A DNA stretch of 64,000 nt from Felis catus (taxonomy: Eukaryota). Both the position numbers and the translations under genes were made by a program. The notes beneath the pieces were generated by a model. It saw only the letters and a program-made list of their open reading frames with translations, was not told the DNA's origin and did not search any database. The DNA is taken from contig NC_058369.1 of the NCBI RefSeq assembly GCF_018350175.1, positions 17,176,001 through 17,240,000 of the forward strand, read 5' to 3'. This document shows, in pieces, positions 38,901-51,155 of the stretch (within the stretch, counting starts at the first letter, position 1; each line of letters begins with the position of its first letter).

Positions 38901-40025
38901 GAATAGGCTCCTACACTACTTCACCTTTTCATTCATTGAATAAATATTTACTAAGCAACTATTAAGGGCGAGGCAATGAGTACCATGTTGAGGGGCGGGA
39001 TTGCAGTGAAGAGGCCTGACAAGGTCCTTGCCCCAGTGGTATGGTTCTCAAAGGGGGAATTCGGGAACTTGAAAAGAGTGCTCAGAAATCTGGGGCAGAG
39101 TGGATATTCTCCACTGGGAGAAATATCTGGGCTGTTTGCTTCATTACACCTTCTTTTTTTTTTTTTTTTCATTACACCTTCTAAGGGAGTCATTCCTATG
39201 TATCTGCAAGGGGAAGTTAAAAAACACTTGTGATAAATAAGAGATTAAGTCACAACTTTCAATACCACTGACTCAGCGGAACTTACCTCCCCAAAGCAGG
39301 AGAAACAGCTAAATGAAAAAAAAAAAAATTATCTCAGATAGTGGCGCCAAGAAAATAAAGGTGATAGGAAGTGGGGCAATCTAATATAAACGGGGTTCTG
39401 AGGGAAGGCCTCATTAAGCAACACATTAGGTACGAGTGAACGTTAATTCTTGTGCGCACACTATACGGAACTAAAAGTACAAGTAAAAATTATCATTTTT
39501 TAATATCAGTGCTCATCGAGTCTATCATCTACAATATCAGCCTGTTAACTTCCTAGTACAATCGTAAAGTCATTCTTTAACAAATGAACAACAGGTAGGA
39601 GACCATTAGCTACCTCACTTGACTCTGAAGACGAGTCTATAAACAAAACTTGAAGCTGCTCTTAGAACACAGGCTCGGACAGTTTGTAAAAATTACTGTT
39701 CGCACACCCAATGCAGCTAACAAAAGAGATTCACGCCCTCCCTCTTGCAGAGCTCCAGTTGCCCCTTGCACACTAGAGTGAGCTGGGGCTCTCGCCCGCG
39801 TGCTGGAACTCCCAGAGGCCCGGCCCCGAGGGCCCGGTGGAGCCCCGGGCGCGCGGGCGCCGAGAGCGGACGGCGGGGGCGTGGCGGGCCCGGGCGCCTG
39901 CCTTTGTTGTCCCTCGTGGCGCGCGGGGGGGGGCGGGGGGAGGGGCGGCCCGAGGCCCGCGAGGCCAGAAGCTGCGCCGGGCTCCCGTCGCGTGGCCCCT
40001 AGTCCCCACGGGCGCGCGAACCCAC

Positions 40026-40220
40026 CTTCTTGTAGTGCTTGCCCAGCCAGACCCGCACCGAATCCAGCTGGGACACCGTCTCCGGGCTTTCCCAAAACTT
40101 GCTGGCCGGGCCACCGTCCTTCCGCCGATAAACGGCCAGGCCCGCAGCCGCCGCCGCGCCTCCCGCGCCCGCGGCGCCCGCCGCCGCCCCCAGCCCGCCG
40201 CCGCCCGCCGCCGCGGCCAT
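40026..40220 (-). CDS. SMARCC1: SMARCC1 coding exon 1 (195 nt, [11 protein letters not shown]...[10 protein letters not shown])
   Basis: ATG at 40220 in strong Kozak context (GCGACGATGG). Translation matches the BAF155 N-terminus ([39 protein letters not shown]). Donor AAG|GTGGGT, phase 0. Confidence 0.97.
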
Positions 40221-40279
40221 CGTCGCCGTCCGTCGTCCCACCGCCCGGCCCGGCCCTCGCAGCGTTCCCCGTTCGCACC

Positions 40280-40296
40280 CGCGCGCGCGCGCGCGC
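40280..40296. repeat. Perfect (CG)8C tract in the inferred 5'UTR
   Basis: cgcgcgcgcgcgcgcgc read directly from the sequence. Confidence 0.95.
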
Positions 40297-40316
40297 AGCC
40301 GCCACCGCCACCTCCC

Positions 40317-40365
40317 GGCCCCGCCCAGTCAACCCCCTTCCGGCGCGGAGGGCCGGCCCCGCCCC
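40317..40365. promoter_or_regulatory. Two Sp/KLF GC boxes flanking an ETS/GABP-like motif
   Basis: GGCCCCGCCC at 40317-40326, CTTCCGG at 40337-40343, GGCCCCGCCCC at 40355-40365. Confidence 0.65.
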
Positions 40366-40401
40366 TTCTGGGGACCCGGTCCCTAACCGAAGAGGGCACG
40401 C

Positions 40402-40416
40402 GCGCACGCATGCGCA
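40402..40416. promoter_or_regulatory. NRF1-like motif
   Basis: GCGCACGCATGCGCA, close to the NRF1 consensus YGCGCAYGCGCR, in a typical housekeeping-promoter position. Confidence 0.65.
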
Positions 40417-43284
40417 GCATCGGGGCCAGGCAGGTCTCAGACGAACTCTTGCGCCCGCCTCTTCCGCCAGTCGAGGCAGGCTGCGCACCTCCTCCGCTAC
40501 CCAGCCTGGGCCTCTGCGTGTCTTGCTGTATCCAAGTTACTTCCTGCGTCCCGTCAACCAGTGTAGGGAGCTTCATCCCCTGCTACAGCCGGGGAGAAAG
40601 ACCTGGCGAGAAGTTCCGAGGGGGAAGCCCGTTTAGGGTGTCGAGTGCTGGCCGAGGAACCCACGGGAAGGGTGGGAATCTGCGTCTGCCTTCTCTTGCC
40701 CTCAGACCTTCTACATCAAGCCGCCGTAGCCTTTGTAAACATCCATCTGGGACCACCACCCGGAGCTGCTCCAGCGGCACACACTTGACTTCCCCCTCGT
40801 GGCCCCAGCCGCACCACCAGCTCTTTCCTGTCTCGGGGGCCCTAGCACCAGCTGTTGGCGCCACCTGGACAGCTCTTCCCCTTTGTCGCTTAGGCTTTTT
40901 CGAATTCATAGCTTAAAAGTACTTCAGAAAAACTGAACAGCTAATCATACTCGACATTCTCTGCACCACTCACCACGACCTGGTATTTTTCTTATTTTCT
41001 CACTTGACCACATGAGAACTTAATTTTGACTTATTCACAGGTGTACTTTCGGTGCTGAGAGCAGAGCCTGTTATCTAATGTTCCGTAAATATTTGCTGAG
41101 TAAGTGAATGAGTGACCTATAGGGGGGCAGAAAGATTTTAAATTATTAACAAAATGTGATTGGCCATTATGGAGTTATAATATAGAACAACAGACGACTA
41201 ATTGGTTGTGAGAAAGTCTGGTGAGTTTTTGAGATCAACTTTTAAGAATGAATAGAATGTAATCAGGGAGAAAAGGACATCCGGACACAGGAAAACTGGA
41301 TCAAAGGCTTTAAAGTGTGAAAGCAAGCTGGGAGAAACCCTCCTTGAGCCTATGGTGTGGAAGCAGGAATGTTATTTGGTTGTGGCAGTGAATTTTCACT
41401 TAATCCTATAAGCATTGGGAAACCAGCTTGAACACAGAGAATGACATGATCAGGTTTATAGATTAGGAAGAAAACAATTGCATATGTGGGTGATACATTA
41501 CAGGAAGAAGATGAAAAAAGATGACCTGAGGGGAGCCTGGGTGGCTCAGTTGGTTAAGGTTAAGCGTCTGACTTCAGCTCTGGTCATGATCTCACAGTTC
41601 GTAATTTAGAGCCTAGCATATGGCTCTGTGCTGGTGCTGACAGCTCAGAGCCTGGAGCCTGCTTTGAATTCAGTGTCTCCCTCTTCTCTCTGTTCATCCC
41701 CCACTCACACTGTCTCTCTCTCTTAAAAATAAATAAACGTTAAAAAAAATTTTAATTAAAAAAAAAAAGATGACCTGATACAGTCTAGGACAGAAACAAT
41801 GAGAATAAAATAGGAGTAAGATGCGGGGCACCTAGCATTGAAGTGCAGAGCATGCTTGGGATTTTCTCTCTGCCCCTCCCACACACTCTCTCAAAATAAA
41901 TAAACTTTTTCTAAAAATCAAAAGAAAAAAATGTGGTAGGCCTTAATGGCTCACTAAGTTAAGCATCCAACTCTTGATCTTAACTCAGGTCTTGAACTCA
42001 GGGTGGTGAGTCCAAGTCCTGTGTTGAGCTCCCCAGCGTGGAGCCTACCTTAAAAAATAATAAGGGGGCGCCTGGGTGGCGCAGTCGGTTAAGCGTCCGA
42101 CTTCAGCCAGGTCAGGATCTCGCGGTCCCTGAGTTCGAGCCCCGCGTCGGGCTCTGGGCTGATGGCTCAGAGCCTGGAGCCTGTTTTCGATTCTGTGTCT
42201 CCCTCTCCCTCTGCCCCTCCCCCGTTCATGCTCTGTCTCTCTCTGTCCCAAAAATAAATAAACGTTGGAAAAAAAATTTAAAAAATAATAAAATAAAAAA
42301 TAATAAGAATTGGGGCGCCTGGGTGGCTCAGTCGGTTAAGCGTCGACTTCAGCCAGGTCACTATCTCGTGGTCCATGAATTCGAGCCCCGCGTCGGACTC
42401 TGGGCTGATGGCTCAGAGCCTGGAGCCTGCTTCCGATTCTGTGTCTCCCTCTCTCTCTGCCCCTCCACCGTTCATGCTCTGTGTCTCTCTGTCTCAAAAA
42501 TAAATAAAAACGTTAAAAAAAAAAAAGAATAAAGAATAAATTATGAGTAAGGTGTGAATCTTGCCCTCTGAGAGCTCAGACTTTAGAAATACTGATAATA
42601 GGGGCACCTGGGTGGCTCAGTCTGTCAAGCATACGACTTCAGCTCAGGTCATGATCTCACAGCTTGTGAGTTCGAGCCCCGAATTGGGCTCTGTGCTGAC
42701 AGCTCAGAACCTGGAGCCTCCTTCAGATTCTGTGTCTCTCTTAAGCTCTGCCCCTCCCCCGCTCATGCTCTGTCTCTCTCTCTCTGAATAACAAATATTA
42801 AAAAAAATTAGAAATAAACGTTAAAAATTTTGAAATACTGATAATAGCTAGTGTTTATGGGCATTTTTATGTGTTGTGCTCTGTGCTAAGTATACCTGTA
42901 TTACTGCAGATAAGGAAATTGAGGCAGAGAGAGGTTAAGTAACTGGCTAATGGGTATTAGAGTATTATTCCTGAACCCAGGAATTAAACCTTCCCAACCT
43001 CCCTTCCCAAGTATACTGTGTTTTCTACTAACAGCTTATTAGCAGAGCAGAGAAAATGCCCTGGAGGAGTTCAGAAAACTATTTCGTTTTCAAGAGCCAT
43101 GGAGAAGGAAGTTAGTTCTTCCAGGCCAGTGGTATTCTAACTTTTTTGCTCATATAACTTCTAGAATAATTTGGAAAACAGAATACTTTCTTTTTTGATG
43201 AAAAACCTCTAAAATTTTTCATTAAAAATAATTGAGCACATTATAAAGATGGACATTTTTAAGTAAAATGGTTAGATCATGTTT

Positions 43285-44130
43285 TAAAAGTTTTTATTTT
43301 GAAATAATCTCAAACTTACAAAAAAGTTGCAAATACAGTACAAAGAGCTTATGTTGCTGACATGATACCCATCACTCTTAAAAATGCTAGTGTATATTTC
43401 CTACGGACAAGTATATCATGGTACAAAATTACATAATCACAATACAACCCTCAACTCCAGGAAATTAACGTTTATACTATCCTCAGATTCCATTCAAGTT
43501 TTTCTTACTGCCCCTGTAAGCTCTCTTACACCAAAGTTTCCAGTACAGAATCATGCATTAGATCAGGTGTCAGGTCTCCTTCAATCTGGAACAGTTTCCT
43601 CAGTCTTTAACTTTCACAACATCGACAATTTTGAAGATTACAAGCCAGTTATTTTTTAGAATGTTCCTCAGTTGAGTTTGGCTGATGTTCTTCATGCTGT
43701 GTTATTTTACTGCATATAAATGCACATGATTTCATTTCTTCCATAACTTTGATGAGTTGATTAAGAGAGTATCTGCCAGGCTTCCCTACTGTGAAGTCAT
43801 CCATTGTGTCTTTGTAATTAATTAGTATTTTCTGGAGAGATATTCTGAAGATTAAATACCCTATTCTTCATCAAACTTCCCCCTTATTTTTATCAGATAA
43901 ACTCAAACAGTTCCAAATTTGAGTAAGTACATATTTGTAACTCTAACAATAAGAAATGTGGCTGCCATTATCCTTACTATATTTACTTACTTTATCAGTT
44001 CACCTACATGTAACCATTCTCTATACTGGGGTACCCTCCCGTATAGGTACCCTCTTCTTGGCCCCTACAATGACATTCTAAGCTGCTCTAATATGCTTAT
44101 CTATCTTACACCACCATAGGCTTTAGAACT
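43285..44130 (-). mobile_element. Ancient L1 (L1MC/ME-like) 3' region
   Basis: tttttattttgaaataatctcaaacttacaaaaaagttgcaaa is typical of an antisense L1MC 3' end. Confidence 0.6.
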
Positions 44131-44647
44131 GAATTATTTGAGAAGAGATGGTAAGGAAATAGGAAAAGTAATAAGACATCACTCTCTGGGGGCCTGGATG
44201 GCTCAGTCAGTTAAGCGTCCAACTCTTGATTTCAGCTCAGGTCATGATCTAGTGGTTCCTGAGTTCAAGCCCCATGTCAGGCTCCAGGCTGACAGTGTGG
44301 AGCCTGCTTGGGATTCTCTCTCTCCCTCTCTCTGCTCCTCCCCCCACACTGGCTCTCTCAAAATAAATACACTTTAAAAAAAAAAAAGATATCAGGATGC
44401 CTGGGTGGTCATTTGGTTAAGCATCCAACTTCAGCTCAGGTCACGATCTCATAGTTCATGGGTTGGAGCCCTGCAGCATGGAGCCTGCTTCAGATTCTCT
44501 GTCTTCTTTCTCTTCCCCACCCCTGCTCTCTATCACACTCGCTGTCTCTCAAAAACACATAAACATTAAAAAAAAATTTAAGATATCATTCTTAAACCTA
44601 ATGAAGTCTAAATATGTAATAATTTAGTGGTCATAATATAACAGAGA

Positions 44648-45610
44648 CAGTCCTCTCTTTGCCCAGGAGTACAATACCTTAAACTACACAAAGCAACCTT
44701 AATAATCAACGGGGAAAATTGCAATTACTCCATGCCTTTAAACTTTTTTATCAAAACATTAAAAAACCCTATCAGTTATAAACATATAAGGAAATGTATA
44801 TAGTAAAATGAAATTTATATAATACAATCTAAAACATTAGGAACATTGGGATGCCTGGATGCCTCGGTCAGAAGAGCATGCAGCTCTAGATTTCAGGGTC
44901 TTGAGTTCAAGCCCCATGTTGGGTGTAGAGATAATACATATTATAAATATAAATAGAGATTATGTATATATAAATAAAAAAATTTTAACAATAATACTTT
45001 CAAAAACCAGACACATTAAGAATTAAAGTGTTTTAGGGCACCTGGGTGGCTCAGTCAGTTGGGCGTCAACTTTGGTTCAGGTCATGATCTTGCGGTTCAT
45101 GAGTTTGAGCCCCGTGTCAGGGTCTGTGCTGGCAGCTCAGAGCCTGGAGCCTGTTTTGGATTCTGTGCCTCCCTCTCTCTCTGCCCTCCCCTTGCTCACA
45201 CTCTGTTTCTCCCTCTCAAAAATAAATAAATATTAAAAAAAAGGAGAAAGTGTTTTATTTTTTAGTGAACAACTTCACCAAAAGCAGTTTGTTGAACTTC
45301 TCATCGTATAAGTTATGAGCAAGCATTTTTTTCTGTGTTTTGTCAAATTCTCATACCCCTTTCTAAGTTGGGATCAGCTTCCAACATTTTGTTCTTTGCA
45401 CTTTTAATGTGAAGCTTTTGGCAAGTATCAACTCCTCTGAAATGTCTTCATCCTTTTATTCACAATCACTTTCTTCATTTACATGGATATATTTGGCATA
45501 CAAATTTCCTCAAGAGTCTCTGGAAGACCTTCAAGGTCAATATTTTCATGGTCAGCTGTTTCTTCTGTAATGCTATTTATATTTGATTTGAATTTCACTT
45601 CATATCAATA
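44648..45610 (-). mobile_element. Tigger-family (TcMar, Tigger13a-like) DNA transposon remnant, interrupted by SINEs
   Basis: Minus strand aatgttggaagctgatcccaacttagaaagg (MLEADPNLER-like transposase tail) and a CAGTC terminus. Confidence 0.55.
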
Positions 45611-45862
45611 GAACAAAAAAAAGCAAAAATTACCCAATCAACTCAATAGATGGAGGAAAAACATTTGACAAAATCCAATACCCTTTGTGATAAAAACACT
45701 CAACAAATTTGAAAATGAAGGGAACTTCCTCAACCAGATAAAGAGAATTAGTGAAAAACCCATAGCTAACATTAACATCATAGTTAATGGTGAAAGACTG
45801 ACTGCTTTTCCCCTAACATCAGAAACAAAGATATCTGCTCTTACCACTTGAACATTGAAGGG

Positions 45863-46655
45863 TTTTTTTGTTTTTTTTAAATAATTTTATTTTTTATTTT
45901 TTAAAATTTACATCCAAATTAGTTAGCATATAGTGCAACAATGATTTCAGGAGTAGATTTCTTAATGCCCCTTACCCATTTAGCCCATCCCCCCTCCCAC
46001 AACCCTTCCAGTAACCCTGTTTGTTCTCCATGTTTATGAGTCTCTTCTGTTTTGTCCCCCTCCCTGTTTTTATATTATTTTTGTTTCCCTTCCGTTATGT
46101 TCATCTGTTTTGTCTCTTAAAGTCCTCATATGAGTGAAGTCATGATTTTTGTCTTTTTCTGACTAATTTCACTCAGCATAATACCCTCCAGTTCTATCCA
46201 CGTAGTTACAAATGGCAAGATTTCATTCTTTTTGATTGCCGAGTAATACTCCATTGTGTGTGTGTGTCTGTGTGTGTATGTGTATATATATATACATCTA
46301 TATACATGTATATATATGTATATATATATATATACATGTATATAGATGTATATATATATACATGTGTATATGCATATATATATATATACACATGTATATA
46401 TGTGTATATATATATACACACACCACATCTTCTGTATCCATTCATCGGACATTTGGCTCTTTCCATACTTCGGCTATTGTTGATAGTGCTGCTATAAATA
46501 TGGGGGTGCATGTGTCCCTTCGACACAGCACACCTGTATCCCTGTGGATAAATGCCTAGTAGTGCAATTGCTGGGTTGTAGGGTAGTTCTATTTTTAGTT
46601 TTTTGAGGAACATCCATACTGTTTTCCAGAGTGGCTGCACCAGCTTGCATTCCCA
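45863..46655 (-). mobile_element. 5'-truncated felid L1 3' end with internal (TA/TG) microsatellite
   Basis: [14 protein letters not shown]...[16 protein letters not shown] motif. TSD gaacattgaag / gagcactgaag. Confidence 0.9.
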
Positions 46656-49204
46656 GAGCACTGAAGTTTTAACCAGGAAAATAGGCACGCACACACACAC
46701 ACACACACACACACTCAGATTAGAAAGTGAGAAATAAACTCACTTCTATTTGCAGATGGCATGACCTTTATATAGAAAATCCTAGGGGTGCCTGGCTGGC
46801 TCAGTTGGTTGAGCGTCTGACTTCGGCTCAGGTCATGATCTCACTGTCCCGGAGTTTGAGCCCCAAATGGGGCTCTGTGCTGACAGCTCAGAACCTGGAG
46901 CCTGTTTAAGATTCTGTGTCTCCTCTCTGTCTCTGCCCCTCCCCCACTCATGCTCTGTCTCTTTCTCTCGAAAATAAATAAACATTAAAAAAGAAGAAAA
47001 TCTTAAGCAATCTGCTAAAAAAAAAATTAAACTAAATTTTTTTTTGAGAGAGAATACACATGTATGCAAGTTGGGGAGAGGCACAGAGAGAAAGAATCCC
47101 AAGCAGGCTTTGTGCTGTCAGTAGACGGCCTGACTCAGGCCTTGATCCTGAGAACTGTGGGATCATGACCTGAGCCAAAATCAAAAGTCAGACACTTAAC
47201 CAACTGAACCCCCCAGGCGCAGGCCACCTTCACATCCAACTTCAGCTCAGGTCATGATTTTGTGTTTTGTGAGTTCAAGCCCCATGGCAGGCTCTGTGCT
47301 GACAGCTTGGAGCCTGGAGCCTGCTTCAGATTCTGTGTCTCCCTCTCTCTCTCTGCTCCTCCCCCACTCACTTGTTTTCTCTCTCTCTCTCTCAAAAACA
47401 AATAAACATTTAAAAATTAAAGAAAACACTAATGAGTTCAGCAAGGTTGGAAGATATAAGATCAGTGTACAAAAATCAGTTGTATTTCTACACACTTGAA
47501 ATAAATAATCTTTTTTTAAAATTTTTTTTAACGTTTATTTATTTTTGAGACAGAGAGAGACAGAGCATAAACGGCGGAGCGTCAGAGAGAGGGAGACCCA
47601 GAATCTGAAACAGGCTCCAGGCTCTGAGCCGTCAGCCCAGAGCCCGACGCGGGGCTCGAACTCACGAACCGCGAGATCATGACCTGAGCTGAAGTCAGCT
47701 GCTTAACCGACTGAGCCACCCAGGCGCCCCGAAATAAATAATCTTAAAATCAGGGGCGCCTGGGTGGCGCAGTCGGTTAAGCGTCCGACTTCAGCCAGGT
47801 CACGATCTCGCGGTCCGTGAGTTCGAGCCCCACGTCAGGCTCTGGGCTGATGGCTCAGAGCCTGGAGCCTGTTTCCGATTCTGTGTCTCCCTCTCTCTCT
47901 GCCCCTCCCCCGTTCATGCTCTGTCTCTCTCTGTCCCAAAAATAAATAAAAACGTTGAAAAAAAATAAAAAAAAAAATTAAAAAAAATGAAATTAAGAAA
48001 ATTACATTCACAATGCTATCAAAAAGAGTAAAATATTAGGAATACATTTTAAAAGAAGTGTAACACTCATACTCTGAAAATTAACAATATATTGTTGAAA
48101 GAAATTAGATATAAATAAATAGAAAAATATGTTTATGGATCAGAAGACAACATTTTTTTTAATGTTTATTTATTTTTGAGAGAAAGAGACAGAGCGTGAG
48201 GGGGAGAGGGACAGAGAAAGAGGGAGACACAGAATCGGAAGTAGGCTTCAGGCTCTTAGTCGTCAGCACAGAGCCTGACGCAGGGCTCATGCTCAGGAAC
48301 TGTGAGATCATGACCTGAGTTGAATCGGACGTTCAATTGACTGAGCCACCCAGGCACCCCGAGAAGACTTAACATTTCTAAGACAGGCAAACTCCTCAAG
48401 CTAATGTACACATTCAACAAAATTGCTATCAGAATCCCAACTGACTTCTTTGTTACTATTGATAAGCAGATTCTAAAATGTATATGGAATTGCAAAAGAC
48501 CCAGAATAGCCAAAGCAATGCCCAAAGTAAGAACAAAGTGGAAGGACTCACACCTCTTGATTTCAAAAGTTACTATAAAGCAATGGTAATCAAGACAGCT
48601 GTGCTACCGACACAAGTATAGACATATAGGTTGGTGGGATAAAACTGAGAGTCCAGATATAAACCCACACATTTACGGTCAACTAATTTTTTGACAAGGC
48701 TGTCAAGATCATTCAATGAGGAAAGAATAAGCTTTTCAACAAATAGTGCTTGGGAAAAAGAGGGAGGGATAGCTATGCACAAAACAATGAAGTTGAATCC
48801 TCACCTCACAATATATACAAACGTTATCTCACAATGAGTCAAAGACCTCAATGTAAGAGCTAAAACTACAGAATTCTTAGAAGAAAGCATGAGGGCAAAC
48901 CTTCATGACCTTGATTTGGCAAAGAATTCTTAGGAAAAAAAATGAACAACAAAAGAAAAATAAATTGGACTTTATCAAAATTAAGAACTTTTGAGGTAGG
49001 GGTGGCTGGCTGGCTCAGTTGGTAGGTAGAGCATACGACTCTTGATCTTGGGGTTGTGAATTTGAACCCCACTTTGGGCATGGAGCCTACTTAAAAAAAT
49101 AAAAACTTTTGGGGTGCCTGACTGGCTCAGTCAGTAAAGCACGCAACTCTTGATCTCAGGGTCGTGAGTTCAAGCCCCACACTGGGCATGGAGCCTATAG
49201 AAAA

Positions 49205-49252
49205 AGAAGGAAGGAAGGAAGGAAGGAAGGAAGGAAGGAAGGAAGGAAGGAG
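49205..49252. repeat. (GAAG)n tetranucleotide microsatellite
   Basis: Direct reading. Confidence 0.95.
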
Positions 49253-50699
49253 GGAAACTTTTGAGGTGAAGGGGACTAAGAGGTAGGAACTTGCACTTAC
49301 GGGAGCCTGGGTGGCTCAGTCTAACATCCAACTTTGGCTCAGGTTGATTTCACGGTTTGTGTGTTTGAGCCCCACATGGGGCTCTGTGCTGACAGCTCAG
49401 AGCCTGGAGCCTGCTTTGGATTCTGTGTCTCCCTCTCTCTCTGCCCCTACGCCGCTCATGCTCTGTCTCTCTCTCTCAAAAATAAACAAACATTAAAAAA
49501 AAGAAGAAGAGGGGTGCCTGTGTGGCTCAGTCGGTTAAGCGTACGACTTCGGCTCAGGTCATGATCTCACAGTCCGTGAGTTCGAGCCCTGCGTCGGGCT
49601 CTGTGCTGACAGCTCAGAGCCTGGAGCCTGCTTTGGATTCTGTGTCTTCCTCTCTCTGACCCTCCCCTGTTCATGCTCTGTCTCTCCCTGTCTCAAAAAT
49701 AAATAAAATCGTTAAAAAAATTAAAAAAAAAAAGAAGAAGAAGAAACTCCACTCATAAAATAAGTCACAGGGATAAAAAAAATAGAGCATAGGGAATGCA
49801 GTCAATAATAGTGTAATGACCCTGTATGGTGACAGATGGCAACTATACTTATTGTGGAGAGTATAGTGTAATGTATAGAATTGTCAAATCACTATGTTGC
49901 ATGTCTGAAACTAATAAAAAAAAAATTGTGCTTCAAAGGACACCAATAAGAAAATGAAAAAACAAAAACAAAAACAAAAACAAAACAACAAAAAACAAGA
50001 AAATACTTGTAAATCATGTATCTGATAAGAGACTTGTATCTAGAATATAGAAAGAACTCTTACAACTCAAATATGAAAAGACCAATAACCCAGTTGACTA
50101 ATTAATAACCAAATAGAATAAACTTGGTACATGTAACATTATGGATGAATCTCACACACATTATATTGGGTGAAATAAGTCTTATCCAAAAGCATATATA
50201 TATATGGTATGATTCAATATAGATGAAGTTATAGAACAGGCTTAAACTACAAAGTATGGTTGCCTCAGGAGAGTGGAGGGAAAGGGGCATAAGGGAATTT
50301 TCTGTGGTGATAGTAATAAGATGTAGTTTGCAACAGATTTGCATTACACAGAAGTGTGCATACCAATTATGGAATGGTATGCAAGATCTGTGCATTTCAC
50401 TGTAAATTTTCCCTCAAAAGAAAAAATAACTCTAGACAAATATTGAGCTCTTGTTAAAAATATGCATGCCAGAGTGCTTAGAGATGAAATATACTTTTCA
50501 CCTACTTCTCCAAATTATACACTAAATTCACACAGTGATCTGTCAAAAATTATTTTTATTGATCTATAGGTGAAAAGTTGATTAGGTTTCTTCAGTTTTG
50601 AGGAAAAGAAAAGAATTGGAAACTGCATGATAGTCATTTTCCTCAGCTTCTGGGAAGGATACGGAGAAGGCTTTTCTATAATGTACCAAAGACTAGTAT

Positions 50700-51058
50700 T
50701 TAACACAAACATTTTCTATAAAGGGTCAGATAGCAATTGTTTTAGACTTGTAGGACACAGTTCCCTGTCACAGCTGGCTACTCAGTCATGCCATTGTATT
50801 GCAAAAGCGGCTGTAGACAATAAGTAAATAAATGAGCATGGCTGTGTTCTAATGACATTTTATTTACAAAACAGGCGGTGGGGCAGAGCTTTTGTTTCAG
50901 ATATTGAAAAAGTTCAGGAAATGGATAGTGGGGGTTGTTGCACAACACTGTGAATATATACCTAATAAATACCACTGAATTATGCACTTAAAAATGGCTA
51001 AAATGGTAAATATCATAATATTTTACCACCACCAAAAAAAAAAAAACAAAAAAAAAAC

Positions 51059-51101
<43 letters not shown>

Positions 51102-51155
51102 CACCGAAGGCAAGCCAGATTGGGTCTTGCAAGCCATAGTTTGTTGATCTCTGAC
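50700..51155 (-). mobile_element. MER58A-like element split by an L1MB 3' tail and a (CA)n tract
   Basis: aagggtcagatag...catggctgtgttctaat...ttatttacaaaacagg, resuming as gccagattggg...ccatagtttgttgatctctg. Confidence 0.65.
51062..51100. repeat. (CA)n microsatellite (others: (TG)n 31221-31255, (CA)n 46689-46714, (TAAA)n 27737-27777)
   Basis: Direct reading. Confidence 0.95.

Larger units (their letters stand above)
39780..40910. promoter_or_regulatory. SMARCC1: CpG island / TATA-less promoter and 5'UTR of SMARCC1 (TSS probably near 40300-40340)
   Basis: Only strongly GC- and CpG-rich segment in the window. It spans exon 1 and contains no SINEs. TSS position is inferred. Confidence 0.92.
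45620..50480 (+). mobile_element. Old L1 ORF2 plus 3' end, fragmented by SINEs and a younger L1
   Basis: Degenerate RT/ORF2 segments (AFPL, FSKVGRYKISVQKSVVFL, FNKIAIRIPTDFFVTIDKQILKCIWNCKRPRIAK). Confidence 0.85.

Noticed and set aside
40221..40262. In-frame upstream GTG (40241) and CTG (40262) as an N-terminal extension
   Set aside because: The ATG at 40220 has an optimal Kozak context, and nothing in the sequence supports near-cognate initiation. Ribo-seq would be needed.
40857..40870. CTCF-like GGCGCCACCTGGAC
   Set aside because: Lacks the TGG end of the core, and such partial matches are common in CpG islands.
39637..40916. Long overlapping ORFs (283, 267, 278 and 359 aa) across the promoter
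   Set aside because: Arg/Pro/Gly/Ala-rich products expected from stop-poor CpG-island DNA. Only the frame of 39999..40241 matches a real protein.
46126..46712. Tyr/Ile-rich ORFs
   Set aside because: Translation of a (TA/TG) microsatellite inside an L1 fragment.
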